Made by a program: the position numbers and the translations under genes. A stretch of DNA of 64,000 bases, from assembly GCF_009914755.1 (NCBI RefSeq), contig NC_060939.1; one strand, written 5' to 3'. This DNA comes from the human T2T-CHM13v2.0 reference genome, Homo sapiens. The notes beneath the pieces are model-generated. The model had not been told where the DNA came from and did no database searches. It saw only the letters and a list, made by a program, of their open reading frames with translations. Positions within the stretch are counted from its first letter, which is position 1, and the number at the start of each line of letters is the position of its first letter. Positions 32,590 to 46,149 of this stretch are shown here, one piece after another.

Positions 32590-33120
32590 AAGCATGGCCT
32601 ATTGGAAAGAGCTCTGGAAGGAAAGAGAAGCGTTCAATTTATATATCTTTGGGCAACTCACATGTTCTCTCTGAACTTCAGTTTTCCTTTCAATGAAATG
32701 CAAATAGTGAACCTAGTTTATAGAATTGTTGTGAAGATCAAGCAGCTTATAACATAAAGACCTTGACAAAAGTACTAAGCAAAACTTTTAATTTTTGACC
32801 ATGCAAAAAGTGGAAGAAGCATCTTCTCCTGGTTCATAAAAGTGTCACATACCAGGAGACATAAATGTCTGTATGAGGCAGCTATGAGTTTTGCCTGGGA
32901 AATACAGATCATGGATGAGGGAGTAATGCTTAACACTGTGCACCTCCTGTGTGCCAGGGATGTTTTCACATTTTCTCTTTAATTTTTAGGACAACCTTAT
33001 GAGGTGGCAATTGCTATTCTCAATTTGGAAATATGAGGGAGGTGAAACTCACAAAAAGAATCTCACAAAGAGCTGCAGTCAGTATTGACAGACTCTGATT
33101 TAATATTAAAGCCCAAAATG
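32590..33120. mobile_element. Two MIR fragments (about 32590-32775 +, 32920-33120 -)
   Basis: ctctctgaacttcagttttcc; acaaccttatgaggtgg...gaaactcac. Confidence 0.55.
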
Positions 33121-33852
33121 TATCAACTGAACATGTTGCTTTTCAAGCTGATGTGAAGTCTTGAGTGGTTGTTTGACAAATCAAAGAAAGGTGATGAGCC
33201 CATGTTGTATTGGAACAGAAGATATATGAAGATAATATGAAGTGAGCATGTGCTGGTCGGGTGTCATCTCTGTGTAAGACAATGTTTCTGACCCGCCTTT
33301 GCTGTTCCGTATACATAGGCTGTTTTTCTCTAGTAGCAGTAGTAAGTTATACATGTGCTTGGTCTCCAGGATTTGCCTGTAATGCATTAATAGTGGTATC
33401 TACGGACACGGGCTAGAGAGAAAATGATGGGCCATGGTCTCAGGAGTCCTACAAGGCACTCTGTTGAGTTAGCTAGTTTCAGAAGTTTGGCTATCAGAGC
33501 TAGAGAATGACAATGCTAAAGGTCTGGAAAACACGTCAGGATATTACATGGTAATCCAGAAGAATATTCCAAAGCCTCTTGTTATGCTCCTGTTAGGAAT
33601 TTATACTCTGGCAGCTTCTCTGTGAAACTATTTATGCCCTGGTGGCTTATGCCCTAATGGAAAATGTGTTAATCCGTTGGAGAGTTTTCAATGAGCAATT
33701 CAAAGAAAAAGTAAATTAAAAAATAAGGGCATTTAAGTGATACCCAAGAGAATACTTTTTGTATCAGAGACCAGAATCAGGGTGAGGAAAAGCCTGTCTT
33801 AAATTTCTCTGGTCTGACCTAAGCACTTTGTGCATAGTTATGCCAGACCTAC

Positions 33853-34206
33853 TGTCTTAGTCTGTTTTGTGCTGCTAGGCTAGGTAATTTATAATAAACA
33901 GAAATTTATTGGCTCATAGTTCTGGAGGCTGGGAAGTCCAAAATAGAGAAACCATTATCTTAGAAGGGTCTTCTTCTTGCATTATCCCATGGTGGAAGGA
34001 CAAAGACTAGGTAAGAGAGAGGCAAAAGGGGGCTGAATTTGTCCTTTTATAACAAACCCACTCCTATGATAACAGCATTAATCCATTAATGAGGGCAAAG
34101 TCCTTATGGCCTTATTACCTCTTGAATGTCCCCCCTCTTAATACTGTTACCATAGCAATTAAACATAAATATGGGTTTGGAGGGGACAGGTATTCAAATG
34201 ATAGTA
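33853..34206 (-). mobile_element. MSTD/MSTC-like MaLR solo LTR
   Basis: tgtcttagtctgttttgtgctgct...ggctcatagttctggaggctgggaagtcc...ggaggggaca; 5-bp TSD cct(a/g)c. Confidence 0.85.
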
Positions 34207-34729
34207 CCTGCTATCCAAAGAATTTATGTCAGAAGCCCACATGAAGAGAAAGCATGGCGTTCCTCTACCATTGTGTGTTGGTATGTCAACTAATTTGTTA
34301 ACTCTTGAAATTAACAAATTTCATTGAAGGTTGAAGGCCACTCCTTTGCACACGTGATGCTATAAGTCTTGCCTTTGGAAGACCCAGCTTTCATTACTTA
34401 GGTAATGTGGCATCTGTAAATCTGATCATGTGTGGATATTCAGGGTAATACTTGTACCCTGAATTTTTTTATAAGTTTACATCCAGAAGATCAAATATAA
34501 AATATATTTCTACATCTATTTCTACCAGAGACAAGTAACTTTGGGATTCTTTTCTGTCCTTCTGTTCACCTTCTGCCTTCTCTACAAGCTGAGGCCATTT
34601 ATTTCTGTATAAATATGACATTAGAAATATTTTCACATATCCTTCCTTTCCAGTTTACCTAGTTTTGACAAAACATAGACCAAGGGTGTTCTTTGAGCCT
34701 TTAACTTACATTAAAAGTGTGACATCTAG

Positions 34730-35672
34730 TGTAGCAGGCACATGATTTATAGGACTCCTCAGATATTCTACCTCCTTCCTGTGAGAAGTGCTGCCCAATG
34801 CCTGAACAACATTACGGACACTGGGGGCTGACCAGTCACTTGTTCTGGAAAGGCCAGACTCCTTCTCTAATGCTGTTTCTGAGTAGCTAGGCTGGCCAGT
34901 AGCAAGACTGGAGTTCCTGGTTCTTAACAGCCATTTCTAGACTTGAACAGAACCTCACAATGAAGGTTTGGATTGTGGCATCTTGAGTCACTAAAGCAAC
35001 TATGATATAGAGAAGGGCTTAATACTCTGAGAGATGAACTCTGACCAACTAGAAACAGAAGACAGGAAAGATACAGTTAGAAATTATTCCCCATTTCTTC
35101 CTTTTATTGACCTCTTGGAATCATGGTTGATCTTTGCAACATGTCAGTAGACAACTCATGTGCTGAGTGATCTGTTCTATCTACTCATGGAATGTTGTGA
35201 ATCAACTGGTAATACTTTCATGGTTTTGTATCTTTCCTTGTCTCCTGTTACTTTTCCTTTACTTTTTTTTTTTTTGGAATGGAGTCTTGGTCTGTTGTCC
35301 AAGCTGGAGCGCATTACATTGGCACCATCTCGGCTCACTGCAACCTCTGCCTCCCGGGTTAAAGCAATTCTCCTGCTGCAGTCTCCCGAGGGGCTGGGAT
35401 TACAAGTGTGCACTACTGCACCTGACTAATTTTTGTATTTTTAGTAGAGATGGGGTTTCACTATGTTGGCCAGGCTGGTCTCGAACTCTTGACCTCAAGT
35501 GATTCACTTGAGTGCCTCAGCCTCCCAAAGTGCTGGGATTACAGGCTTGAGCCACCATGCCCAGCCACTTTTTCTTTACTCTTTAGGCCCATGGTTTGGG
35601 CCTCTCAAAGAAAGGATTAGCACTTTATTTCTTTTCTGTGTCTCTATTTTCTAGAGACCTCAGGTTATGACA
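34730..35672 (+). mobile_element. LTR41/LTR52-like ERVL solo LTR containing an Alu
   Basis: tgtagcaggca start; end ...ttagcact...ctattttctagagacctcaggttatgaca. Confidence 0.6.
35264..35566 (-). mobile_element. AluS (Sz-like)
   Basis: Dimer with gacctcaagtgat; TSD actttt(c/t)ctttact. Confidence 0.93.
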
Positions 35673-35999
35673 ACCTCTTAAGTTGGAAAGTAGCTTAATA
35701 GTCTTAAGAGGATCATGCTTTGGATTGTGTTCTACATGTCAGAAAAAATAAAAAGTTTTTGTTTCAATGATATGAAATAATATTAAAAATCTCTTTTCTT
35801 GTGGAGTATGTTGTTATTTTTATAAAGCATCTGTTGCAGTATATATGAAACTCAGGAGGATGGAAAGATGGCTGACCAAAACGTTTAGATGTGATTTCCA
35901 ATTAGTTTTCCTTGGTCCAACAATTCATATATCCATTGTAGCTTTTATACCATGCTTTGCAGAAAAGCTGAGTGAGGGAAGTCAGTTGGATTGGCTTTG

Positions 36000-36620
36000 G
36001 GCTATCAGAAAATATTCAGGCTGTTGCCAGGAAAAGAGTAAGACAGAGTTTCACAAAACTCTATTTGCAAAATTAAATTGGCCAGGATCAAGATAGTCTT
36101 GCAGCTTCAATTTGGTTGCATGCCTATAAACAAGGACCATCAATACAAAGCAATATTCTTAATAGCGAGGATGTATCTAATGGGCTGCCACTGAGGTCAG
36201 CTCTAGGTCAAGTTTCATTTCCTAATGAAAGGAAAAGAGAGGACTGTGGAGAACATTAATGAAACCCATCATGATTCCAAAGTGGAAGGTCCTGCCTTTC
36301 CAGGAGAATGAAATACATGCCATTCCAATTTCTTCACATTTAGAAAGATTTTCTAATTATTTTGCAGTGTGTGTGATTTTATGATAAAATCATTTGAAGA
36401 ATAAGGGAAATAATGAAAGTAGCAGAGAAATGCAGGTATGAAAGAGGTTTATCTTGGAAACCACAAGACCTATCATCTGGATGAGTTACTGGAATTCAAT
36501 TTCGGACAGACAGATTTGATAGAGAGAATGCCCAAAAATGGAGTCCAGACTTTTAGGGAAGAATGGGAGTAAAATTAGAAACAAGGGAGCAGACATCTCA
36601 AAAAACACCCGAGAGATGAG
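36000..36620 (+). mobile_element. Possible highly diverged CR1/L3 RT-region remnant
   Basis: gtatctaatgggctgccactgaggtcagctctagg and catgattccaaagtgg loosely recall the GVPQGS and ADDTKL coding regions. Confidence 0.35.
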
Positions 36621-37446
36621 AGTCGTATGAGAACCCAATCATTTAGTTATGTTGGACGATAAGAAACTAGAGTAGTGGTGTGGTTATAATAAACTTGATA
36701 TATCCTTGAAAAAGTAGGTGCTTTTTTCTTTCATGCATGGCTCAAGACACAGTGTGCTGATATATTACAGAACAATACTTTAATTTCAGAGAATGTAGCT
36801 CTGTGAAGGACACTAATGAGGCGGGTGATTTGCACTTCTGCATAGATGCAGCTGCTAAATGGCATGGCTGTCATGACTTCCATATACTTGAGCATGGGTA
36901 TTCCCACACCTTGTACATGGAACAACAGATACTTTCTCCCAGAAGCTGGTCCCTGAGGGGGCATCTGCATAGGGTGTTAAGGTAAAATTGCTCCAAGGTA
37001 TGGTTCAGGTAGTCATAGGTAAGCAGAAATTCATTTGATTATTAGGCAAATATAAGTGGAGGGCCAGTGCAGTCAGCTGCTAAGGCATTCGATGGTTCAT
37101 GGTAGGATTGTTGAGAGTAGATGAAAATCAAAGACAAGTCTTTAACGTCTTGGATAAGAGACAGACCAATTGGCATGGCCTACTCATGTTCGTTAGATTG
37201 TAACACAAATCTGTAATCTTTGCCATTGTCAGAAAAGGACCAGGGATTGAATGGAGCTGAGGTAGAAGACATCACTAGGAATGATAACCAACATTAAATA
37301 AGGTTAAGCGGATTTACAAACATGTAAAATATGAAAACAGAGGAGAGACATATTAGCATGATGTGCATAGATCTGCATAATCAGCCAATAGTTTTGAAAT
37401 GACAGTTGAAGTTTAGTATATCAAGGAATTCATATGATATATCCAT

Positions 37447-38003
37447 TGTGGAGGTCAGATCATGGTCTCTCAAAGATGTCCTTGCCCTAATCCCTTAATT
37501 CTGTGAATGGGTTACCTTACATAGCAAAGGAATTTTGTAGGTATAATTAAGGTTACAAATCTTAAAATAGGGAGATTATTGTGGATTATTAAAGCAAGCC
37601 CAATGTAATTGTACAAGCCATTAAAAACAGAGACCATTTTGTGGCTGGAATCAGACGTGGTAGAAAGGAGGCAGAAGAGATGTGGAAGCCAGAAAGGCTA
37701 AAAGCATGAAACAAACTTGATGTGCTGTTGTGGACTTTGAAGATGGAGGCAGGAAGCTGAGAGAGACACCTAGTTGACAGCCAGCAAGAGAATGGGGACT
37801 TCAGCTCTACAGCAAAAAGAAATCTGAATAAGGCCAAAGAAGATTCTCCACCTAGCCTCCAAATAAGAGCCCAGGCCAGGTGACTTTTTGCTTGGTAAAA
37901 CCTATGTTTGGCTTCTATTGTACAGACCTGTGAGATACATGGGTATTGTCTGAAGTCTTTAGATTTGTCATAATTTGTTATGGCAGCAATAGAAAACTAA
38001 CAT
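37447..38003 (+). mobile_element. MLT1E/D-like MaLR solo LTR
   Basis: caaagatgtcc...ttaccttacatagcaaagg...ctttgaagatggagg...ttgttatggcagcaatagaaaactaa. Confidence 0.85.
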
Positions 38004-39114
38004 ATTCACATATTTATGTTTACATAAAGGTATATATGTTCTTCTTTAGTGTGGGAACATACGCAGATATTTCAGGAAAAGTATCATACACCATATAACA
38101 TATTAGAGTAAATAAATGGTTCATCGGTCAGGTATACATAGCTTTATGGTCAATTGCTTCTGGCACACACCACCAAGGATTGGTCTGGAAGCATGATGCA
38201 TTTTGATCATTTTAAACTTCTTCCATGATAAATTAAAAAAGAGATTCCATGTGTGAAATTATCATACTATCTGCTTTTGAGGGCTGCTGGCTCCTATATT
38301 TTGTCAGAAATTCAAACCAATCTTCAGCCTTCACCCAAGCTTTTGCCAAACTTGACAAATCTTCCAGCCAATATTATATGTATGTATCTGTGTTTATGTG
38401 TCTCTAGTATATATACATGCAGATATATAGTTGCCATTTTCAAAGCAATTTTATAATGTGTTAAGAATACAACAGAATTGGTCCTGCTGAAACACTGAGA
38501 TGCCCACTTTCTATGGACTGGGGAACAGCAGGTGAAGGGGGGCATGAGGCTTTGGTTTCTTATCAACACTGGGCCTATCCTTTTCTCACAGTGACATCTC
38601 TTGGAGGTTTTTCTTATTTGTGCTTCCCCATGTTTTGAAAGCTCACTCATGATTTTACCCAGAGAAAACAGCTCCTGCTTCATTCTTTGCAAACATCCTG
38701 ATTATAAGAATTTAATGATGCACTCATGGGAGCCACCACTCTGCTTGCCTGTCTTCTTTTCAGCACCAGACTGGGATGGACAGTCCCCCTAGGCAGTTGG
38801 GCAGTATGTGTGCACTCCTTATGTAGTCAACAGAGCTATCTTCTGCGTTTTAAATCTGAGTGTGGATACTGGAAAATGCTAATTTATGGTAAGCAAGAGC
38901 TGGATTGACAGGAAGCACATAGCAGAGGGAGAGGCCATTTGTTGAGGCTGGGAAGGGGTAATGGAAATGGAAGTGAGAAATAGAGACTGATGGGAATAAA
39001 ATCAAAGAGGTTAAAAATAGAATGGCTTAGAGTTAACCCAGAGAAAGGCCTAAGACTTTATTGTAAGTAGAATAACTTAGAAAAAGCTATTTGGATTTAT
39101 ATCTACGAAGATAG

Positions 39115-39116
39115 AC

Positions 39117-39147
<31 letters not shown>

Positions 39148-39172
39148 TGCGCCCGCACGCACGCGCATGTGT
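39115..39172. repeat. (GT)n-(GC)-(CACG) alternating purine-pyrimidine tract
   Basis: Direct reading. Confidence 0.9.
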
Positions 39173-39914
39173 CAGAGAATAGGGAAAATGAAAAAAAATA
39201 GCTAAGGGAGTTAAATACCTTCTTGGAAGATCAACTAATGTCCAGACCTTGAGTTTATATGCTGAGAAATAATAAGGGTGGCCTTGTTTTTTTCCAAAGC
39301 TGAGAGGAAATGAGAGGCAAGCTTGCTGGTCTTAGGCTAGAATCCAAGCAGATGTCTTAGAGTGGATCAGATGGACTCAGCACAGATCCCATGCTGCATC
39401 CCATGTGTTTGATGATCTTCTGAGTCTTTTTACCCTGAGAATTGTACTGGAAGGAAGTAAGAAGCAGGGCTACAGTTCCTGAGACAAGTTTTTTGAGTTA
39501 GAGCAAGAGTTAAGGCTGTCTTTACCATGGGCAAACGAGGAGGTATTCCTTTTGGTGATATCCCCGGCAATTTGCTCTGTAGCTCTTCTGTGGAGGATGC
39601 TGGAGAAGCAAGGCGATGCAGATTCTCATTTTACATTTGAGTCAGCTGAGTCCCACAAGGGTACCAGAATTGTCCAACATTACACAGTAAGCAACATACG
39701 TACCAATTGATGCAAATACTCTCCATTTTTCTCAAGTTCTAAAACAATTCTATTCCCATGTTGCCTGAGAATAACCTTGTTTCCGGTTTTGTTGTTTTTG
39801 TTGGGCAAACATTGGCACTACCAGCGTAGAGCTTATTCGTGAATGAAAGAACATTTGAGGACTCAGAATATTTTAACGTGGACTAAGTAACTCAGTTGGA
39901 ACATGATTGTTATC

Positions 39915-40170
39915 TTCACCTAACAGGGAGTCATGTATGTAAAAGAGGGATTTACTTAAATCCCTGTGGTCCTAGAGGGCTGATGAAGGATTAAAGAGTA
40001 GTAGCAACAGGAAAACAGATTTCAACCTAGGATAAGAAAGAATTTTCTTCCAGTTAGAAGAATCTAAAATGGAATTAGCTAATTTGTGTGATAATGAATT
40101 CTATGTCTTCTGAGGTAATTAAGTCAAAACTGAATGATCATTTGCCAGGATGCTGTACAGAGAATTATAG
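39915..40170 (+). mobile_element. L3/CR1 3' fragment
   Basis: cagatttcaacctaggataagaaagaattttct...gaatgatcatttgccaggatgctgta. Confidence 0.75.
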
Positions 40171-40666
40171 AATTGGCGCAACATTGGAGTGGGCTTGTGC
40201 TTGATAACCCAGATATTAAAATTCACTGTTTCTATCAAAATTAAAATGACTCCACCTGAACTTCTTTATTTTATTCTTTCCTATTTGCCTTTGATTTCTA
40301 CTCTCCATCTAAGCTTTTATTTCTATGTAGAGTAAAAAAGGGCCTTGTGGTTAGCAAAGTCTAACTTACCTTCCTGGATTCAGTCCTCTCTTTTTCATTT
40401 CCTGTCTGATTTACTCATAAAGTTATCTACTTCCCTCCTTTACCTTTCTAATATCTTCTCCAGGGCACTTTCTTTGCTTTAACATAGCGTGCTTCTTTAC
40501 TAAAATAATGTTCCCTTAACTCTGCCACTCCTTGTATTTCCAATCTGAATCTTTCCATGAAGCAATAATTTGTGAACAATTTTAAAATTAAAAAGTTGGC
40601 ATTTCTGCTTCCCCAATTCATGCACAGCCCTTAAACTCTTAACATATGACTCTTCTTGCCCCTCAC

Positions 40667-43600
40667 GTTTATTGCGGTATACCTGACAAATAAAAATTCT
40701 ATATATTTAAGAGGTATGCAACATGATGTTTTGATGTGCAGATACATTGTGAAATGATTTCCACAATTAAGCTAATTAATATATCTATCACCTCACATAC
40801 TTATAATTTTTTTGTGGTGAGAACAATTAAGATAAACTCTTTTAGCAAATTTCAAGTATGTATTAATAACTCAGTATTATTAACTATGGTCAGCATGCTG
40901 TACAGTGGGTATTCAGAATTTATTCATCTCTCTTAATTGAACCTTTGCATCCTTTAATCAATATCTCCCCATTTCCCCCAAGCTCTACTCCCTGAAAACC
41001 ACCATGTTACTTTTGGTTTTTATGAGTTAGAAATTTTTACAGTCCACATAAAAGTAAGATCATGCAGTATTTGTCATTCTGACTCTGGCTTATTTTACTT
41101 AACATAATATCCTTCAGGTTCATCCATACTGTCATGAATGGCAGATTTCCCTCATTTTAAGGCTGAATAATATTCTCTTATATATATGTACACATTTTCT
41201 TTTTCCATTTTTCTGTAGATGAACACTCAGGTTGTTTCAATATCTTGGCGGTTGTGAATTATCTTGCAATAAACATGGGGGTGCAGATATCTCTTTGAGA
41301 TCCTGATTTCCTTTCCTGTGAGTGTATACCTAGAAGTGGGATTGCTGAATTATGTGGTAGTTTTATTTTTAATTTTTTGAGGAACTTCTGTACTGTTTTG
41401 CATAATGGCTTTACCAATTTACATATCCACTAGCAGTGTGCAAGGGGTCCCTTTTCTCCACATCCTTGCTAATATTTATCTTTTTTAAATAATAGCCATT
41501 CTAATAGGTATGACGTTATATCTCATTGTGGTTTTAATTTGCATTTTTCTGATGATTATTGACGCTGAGCATCTTTTCCTACACCTGTTGGCTGTTTGTA
41601 CGTTTTTTCTTGAGAAATGTTTATTCAGGTCCTTAGCCCATTTTTAAATTAAGTTGTGTTTTAATTTTTCTTTTGAGTTATTTGAGTTCCTTATATATTT
41701 TGAATATTAACCATTTATCAGATGTATGATTTGCAAGTATTTTTTTTTTCCATTTTGTAGGTTGCTTACTCCATTGATTGTTTTCTTTGCTATTTAGAAA
41801 ATTTTTAGTTTGGTGTAATCCTACTTGTCTATTTTCGCTTTTGTTGACTGTGCTTTAAGAGTCATATCCAAAAGTCATCACCCAGGCCAATATTAACAAG
41901 CTTTTCCTCTTAGTTTCTTCTAGTATTTTCTAGATTCATGCCTTGTGTCTAAGTCTTTAAACTGTTTTGAGTTGATTTTTATGTGTGGTTTAGATAAGTG
42001 TCCAATTTTATTCTTCAGCATGTGGATATCCAGTTTTTCCAATACCATTTTCTGAAGAGACTGTTCTTTCTTCATTTAGTGTCCTCAGCACATTTTTTGA
42101 AATTCAGTTGACTGTACTTCCTCAGTTTTATTTCTGGGCTCTCTGTTGTATTCTATTTATCAGTATTGGTTTTCTTTTTTTTTTTTTTTTTTTGAATTCC
42201 ACTATCGTGGTTTTTGTTACTGTAGTTTTGTAATATATTTTGAAACCTAGAAGTGTAGTGCCTCCAACTTTTCATTTGTTTGTTTAAGATTGATTTCTCT
42301 ATTCACAGTCTTTTGTGTTCCATATCAGTTTTAGGACAATTTTTTTTTTCTATTTTTGTAAAAAATGTCATTGGGGTTTTGACAAGGATTGCATTGAATC
42401 AGATCACTGGGATAGTATGAACATTTTAACAGTATTAATTCTTACAATCCTTGAACAAGAAATGTCTTTCTATTAATCTCTATCTTCCTTAATTTCCTTC
42501 ACCAATATTTTGTAATTATATGTAATTATAAAATAAGCATACAAGTCTTTTAAGTCTTTGGTTAAATTTATTGCTAAACATTTTATTCTGTTTGCTGCTA
42601 TTATGAGTGGGGTTCTTTCTTAATTTTCTTTTCAGATACTTTGTTTTTTTGTGTAGAGAAGTGTGACTAATATTTTTATGCAACTTTACTGAATTTATCT
42701 ATTGGTACTAAAAGGTTTTTTGCTGAATGTTTAGGGTTTTCTACATATATATCATCTGCAAACAGACATAATTTTACTTTTTCCTTTCTGATTTGGATGT
42801 GATTTATTTATTTATTTTTCTTGTCTTATTTGCTGTGGATAGGACTTCCAGTACTATGCTGAATAGAGGTGGTAAGAGTGGACATCCTTGCCTTGTACCA
42901 GATCTTTGAGGGAACACTTTTGGCTTTCCCTATTGATTATCATGTGATCTGTGGGCATTTAATATATGGCTTTAGTGTGTTGAAGTAAGCCCCTTGTATG
43001 TCTATTTTGTTGTTTTGTTGAGAGTTTCAATCATGAATGGATATTGAACTTTGTCAAATGTTTTTTGGCATCTACTGATATAATAATGTAGGGTTTTTTC
43101 CTTTTTTTTTTTTTTTTGTTAATGTGGTGTATCACATTGATTGAGTTGTGTATGTTGAACCATCCTTGCATCCCAGGGATAAATCCCACTTGGTCATGGT
43201 GCATGATCCCTTTAATATGCCTTTTAATTCAGTTTGCTAGTATTGAGGATTTAAAAATCTATGTTCATCAGGGATGTTTGCTTATAGTTTTCTTTCCTTT
43301 TTGTCTCTTTGGTATCAGAGTGATGCTAGCCTCATAAAATGAGTTTGGATGTGTGCTCTCCTTTTATCTTTTTTGGCAGAGTTTAAGAAAGACTGGTTTT
43401 AATTCTTCTTTGAATGTTTGGTAGAATTCAACTCTGAAGGCTTCTGCTCCAGTTCTTTCCTTTTTGGTGAGGTTTTTGGTTACTGATTCAATCTCCTTAT
43501 TTGTTATTGGTATGTTCAGGATTTCTGTTTCTTATTAATTTAGTTTTGGTAGGTTGTATATTTCTAGGAATTTATCAATTTTGTTGGTATACAATTGCCC

Positions 43601-46080
43601 ATAATAGTCCCTTGTAATCCTTTTTATTTCTGAGACATCTACTGTAATGTCACCTTTCTCTTAAGCTATCTAAAGGTTTATGGATTTTGCATATTTTTTC
43701 AAAAAATAAACTTTCAGTTTTGTTAATTTTGTAATTGTTTTTCTATTTTCTATTTGATTTATTTCTGCTCTAATATTTATTTTCTTTCCTCTGCTAATTT
43801 TGATCTTTTTTAAAAACTAATTTCTTAAAGGTATAAAATTTATTTGAGATCTTTCTTCTTTTATAATGTAGACATTTATAGCTACAAAATTATATCTTGG
43901 TATTGCTTTTCCTGCATCCAATAAATTTTGTTATGTAGCATTTTTGTTTTTGTCCATTTCAAAATGTTTTTAACATTTTAAAAATTTTTTTGGCCCAAAG
44001 GTTGTTAGAGTATGTTGTTTAATTTCCATATATTTTCTCATTTTCTTACTGTTACTGATTTCTATTTTTATTCCATTGTGTTCATAAAAGATATTTGGAA
44101 TAATTACAATCTTCTTGAATTTGTTAAGAATTGTTTAGTGACTTAACTTGTGATCTATCCTGGAAAATGTTCTATGTGCAATTGAGAAGAAAGTCTTCTA
44201 TTCTGCTCTTGGGCAGAATGTTCTGTATATTTCTGTTAGGTTCATTCAGTCTGTAGAGCTGTTCAGTTCTGCTTTTTCCTTACTGATATTCTGTTTAGAA
44301 GATATATCCCTTATAGAGAATGGAGTATTGAAGTCTCCTACTATTATTGTGTTGATGTCTATTTTCTTATTTAGATCTGTCAATGTTCACTTTATATATT
44401 TAGGTTCTTTGATGTTGGGGGCATATGTAATTTTAATTGTTTTATCTTTCTATTGAATGGATCTTTTTGTATATAATAACTTTATTTGTGTTTTTTGACA
44501 ATATTTTTTGTATTAGTCTACTTTGTTTGATATAAGTATAGCTATCCCTGATCTGTTTGGGTTACTTTCACATGGAATATCTTTTTCTACCCCTTAACTT
44601 TTAGCCTATGTATGTCCTTAAAGCTAAAGTGAGTTTCTTATAGGCAGCATATTGTCGCATCTTTTTAAAAAAATTCATTCAGCCATTCTATGTCTTTTGA
44701 TTGGAGAATTTAATCCATTTACATTTTTTGATAGGTAAGGACTTAGTCTTGCCATTTTGTTAATTGTTTTCCAACTGTTTTGTAGTTTCTTTCTTTCTTC
44801 TTTGCTTCTGTCTTCCTTTGTATTTGATGATTTTTTGGGACAGTATGCTTTGAGTCCTTTCTTTTTCTCTTTTGTGTATCAACTAGAGGCTGCCATGAAA
44901 TGTATGTAAATTATCTTACAGTTATAACACTATTTTTAGCTGCTAATAACTTCAGTCACACAAAAACTATACTTTTACTCTCTCACACATTTTATGTTAT
45001 TGAAGTTCCAGTTTACATCTTTTAATATTTTTATCCGTTAACAAATTATTATATCTAGTTATTTTTAATACTTTTGTCTTTTAACTTCGATAGTAGAGTT
45101 AAACTGGTTTCTATTACACCATTGCAATTTTAGAGTATTCTGAATTTGACTATATACTTACCTTTTACCAGTGAGTTTTATACTTGCATATATTTTCATG
45201 TTACTAATTAATGTTCTTTTGTTTCAACTCAAAGGACTCACTTAGGATATATATTTCTTAAACCTAGTCATAGGTTTGCTTGAGGATCCATAATTCGGCT
45301 AAGTTCAGAGGGCCTGCTATAGGGGACAGGGATAGGCATGTTTCCTGGATGCCTGGACAGAGAGTACTGGCCCTGGACTGCAGCAGAGCAGGACTGAAAC
45401 AGAATCTCAGGTCTGCTTAAGTCTCCATAGCTGAGACTGAGGTGGGAGGGCCTGCCACAAGAAGCATGGATGTGAGTCACTGGGTTCCCAGGCAGGCAGG
45501 GCTGACTCTGGACTGTGGTAGGGCAGGGCTAGAGCTGAGTCACAGAGCTACTTCAAGATCTGCAGTAGGGACCAAAGTCAGGTGGATTGCTACCAAGAGT
45601 TGAGGTGGATGTGTTTCCTGCCTTCACCCAGTTCCCTGGGTGGGCAGGACTGCTTCTGGACTGGCAGGATGAAGCTTGGAGCTAGAAATGAGTCACAGGA
45701 CTGCCTCAGGATTTGCAGTTTAACCAAGGGCTTAATACCTGGGGCATGGACAGGTGTGGCTTCTCCAGAGTTTCTTGGCACATCAGGCTGGTTGCAGGAT
45801 GGTGGCCAAGTGAGGCTGGAGCTGAGTCTACAGGGGAATGGGGCTTCTTTGGTCTGCAGCTGTGGCCAGGCTTGGTAAGACTGCCACTGGGACAAAGGCC
45901 TGCTTTCTCAAAGGGGATCTCCTTGGTTATGAGCGTTGCCAGTGTTTTTCAATCTCGTATCTGGATCCTAAAGCTCCTACAAAGGCACTTTTGTCTGCGG
46001 GGAATGATTGCCAGATCAATTTTTGTGTGGGCAGATGCAAACTGGGCACCTCCTGTTCTGCTATCTTACTGGTGTCATTT
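40667..46080 (-). mobile_element. L1MA9/L1MA8-like LINE-1: 3'UTR, ORF2 and 5'UTR present, ORF1 missing
   Basis: tttattgcggtatacctgacaaataaaaatt 3' end; continuous antisense ORF2; GC-richer 5'UTR 45290-46080 ending ttctgctatcttactggtgtca. Confidence 0.88.
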
Positions 46081-46149
46081 AGACATACTACTCTTTCATC
46101 ATCATTTTACTGAGTGGTGGGTACTTAGAGGTTTGTTCCCATATTCTTT

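Noticed and set aside
36760-37260. Possible additional old LTR
   Set aside because: Could not assign termini or family.
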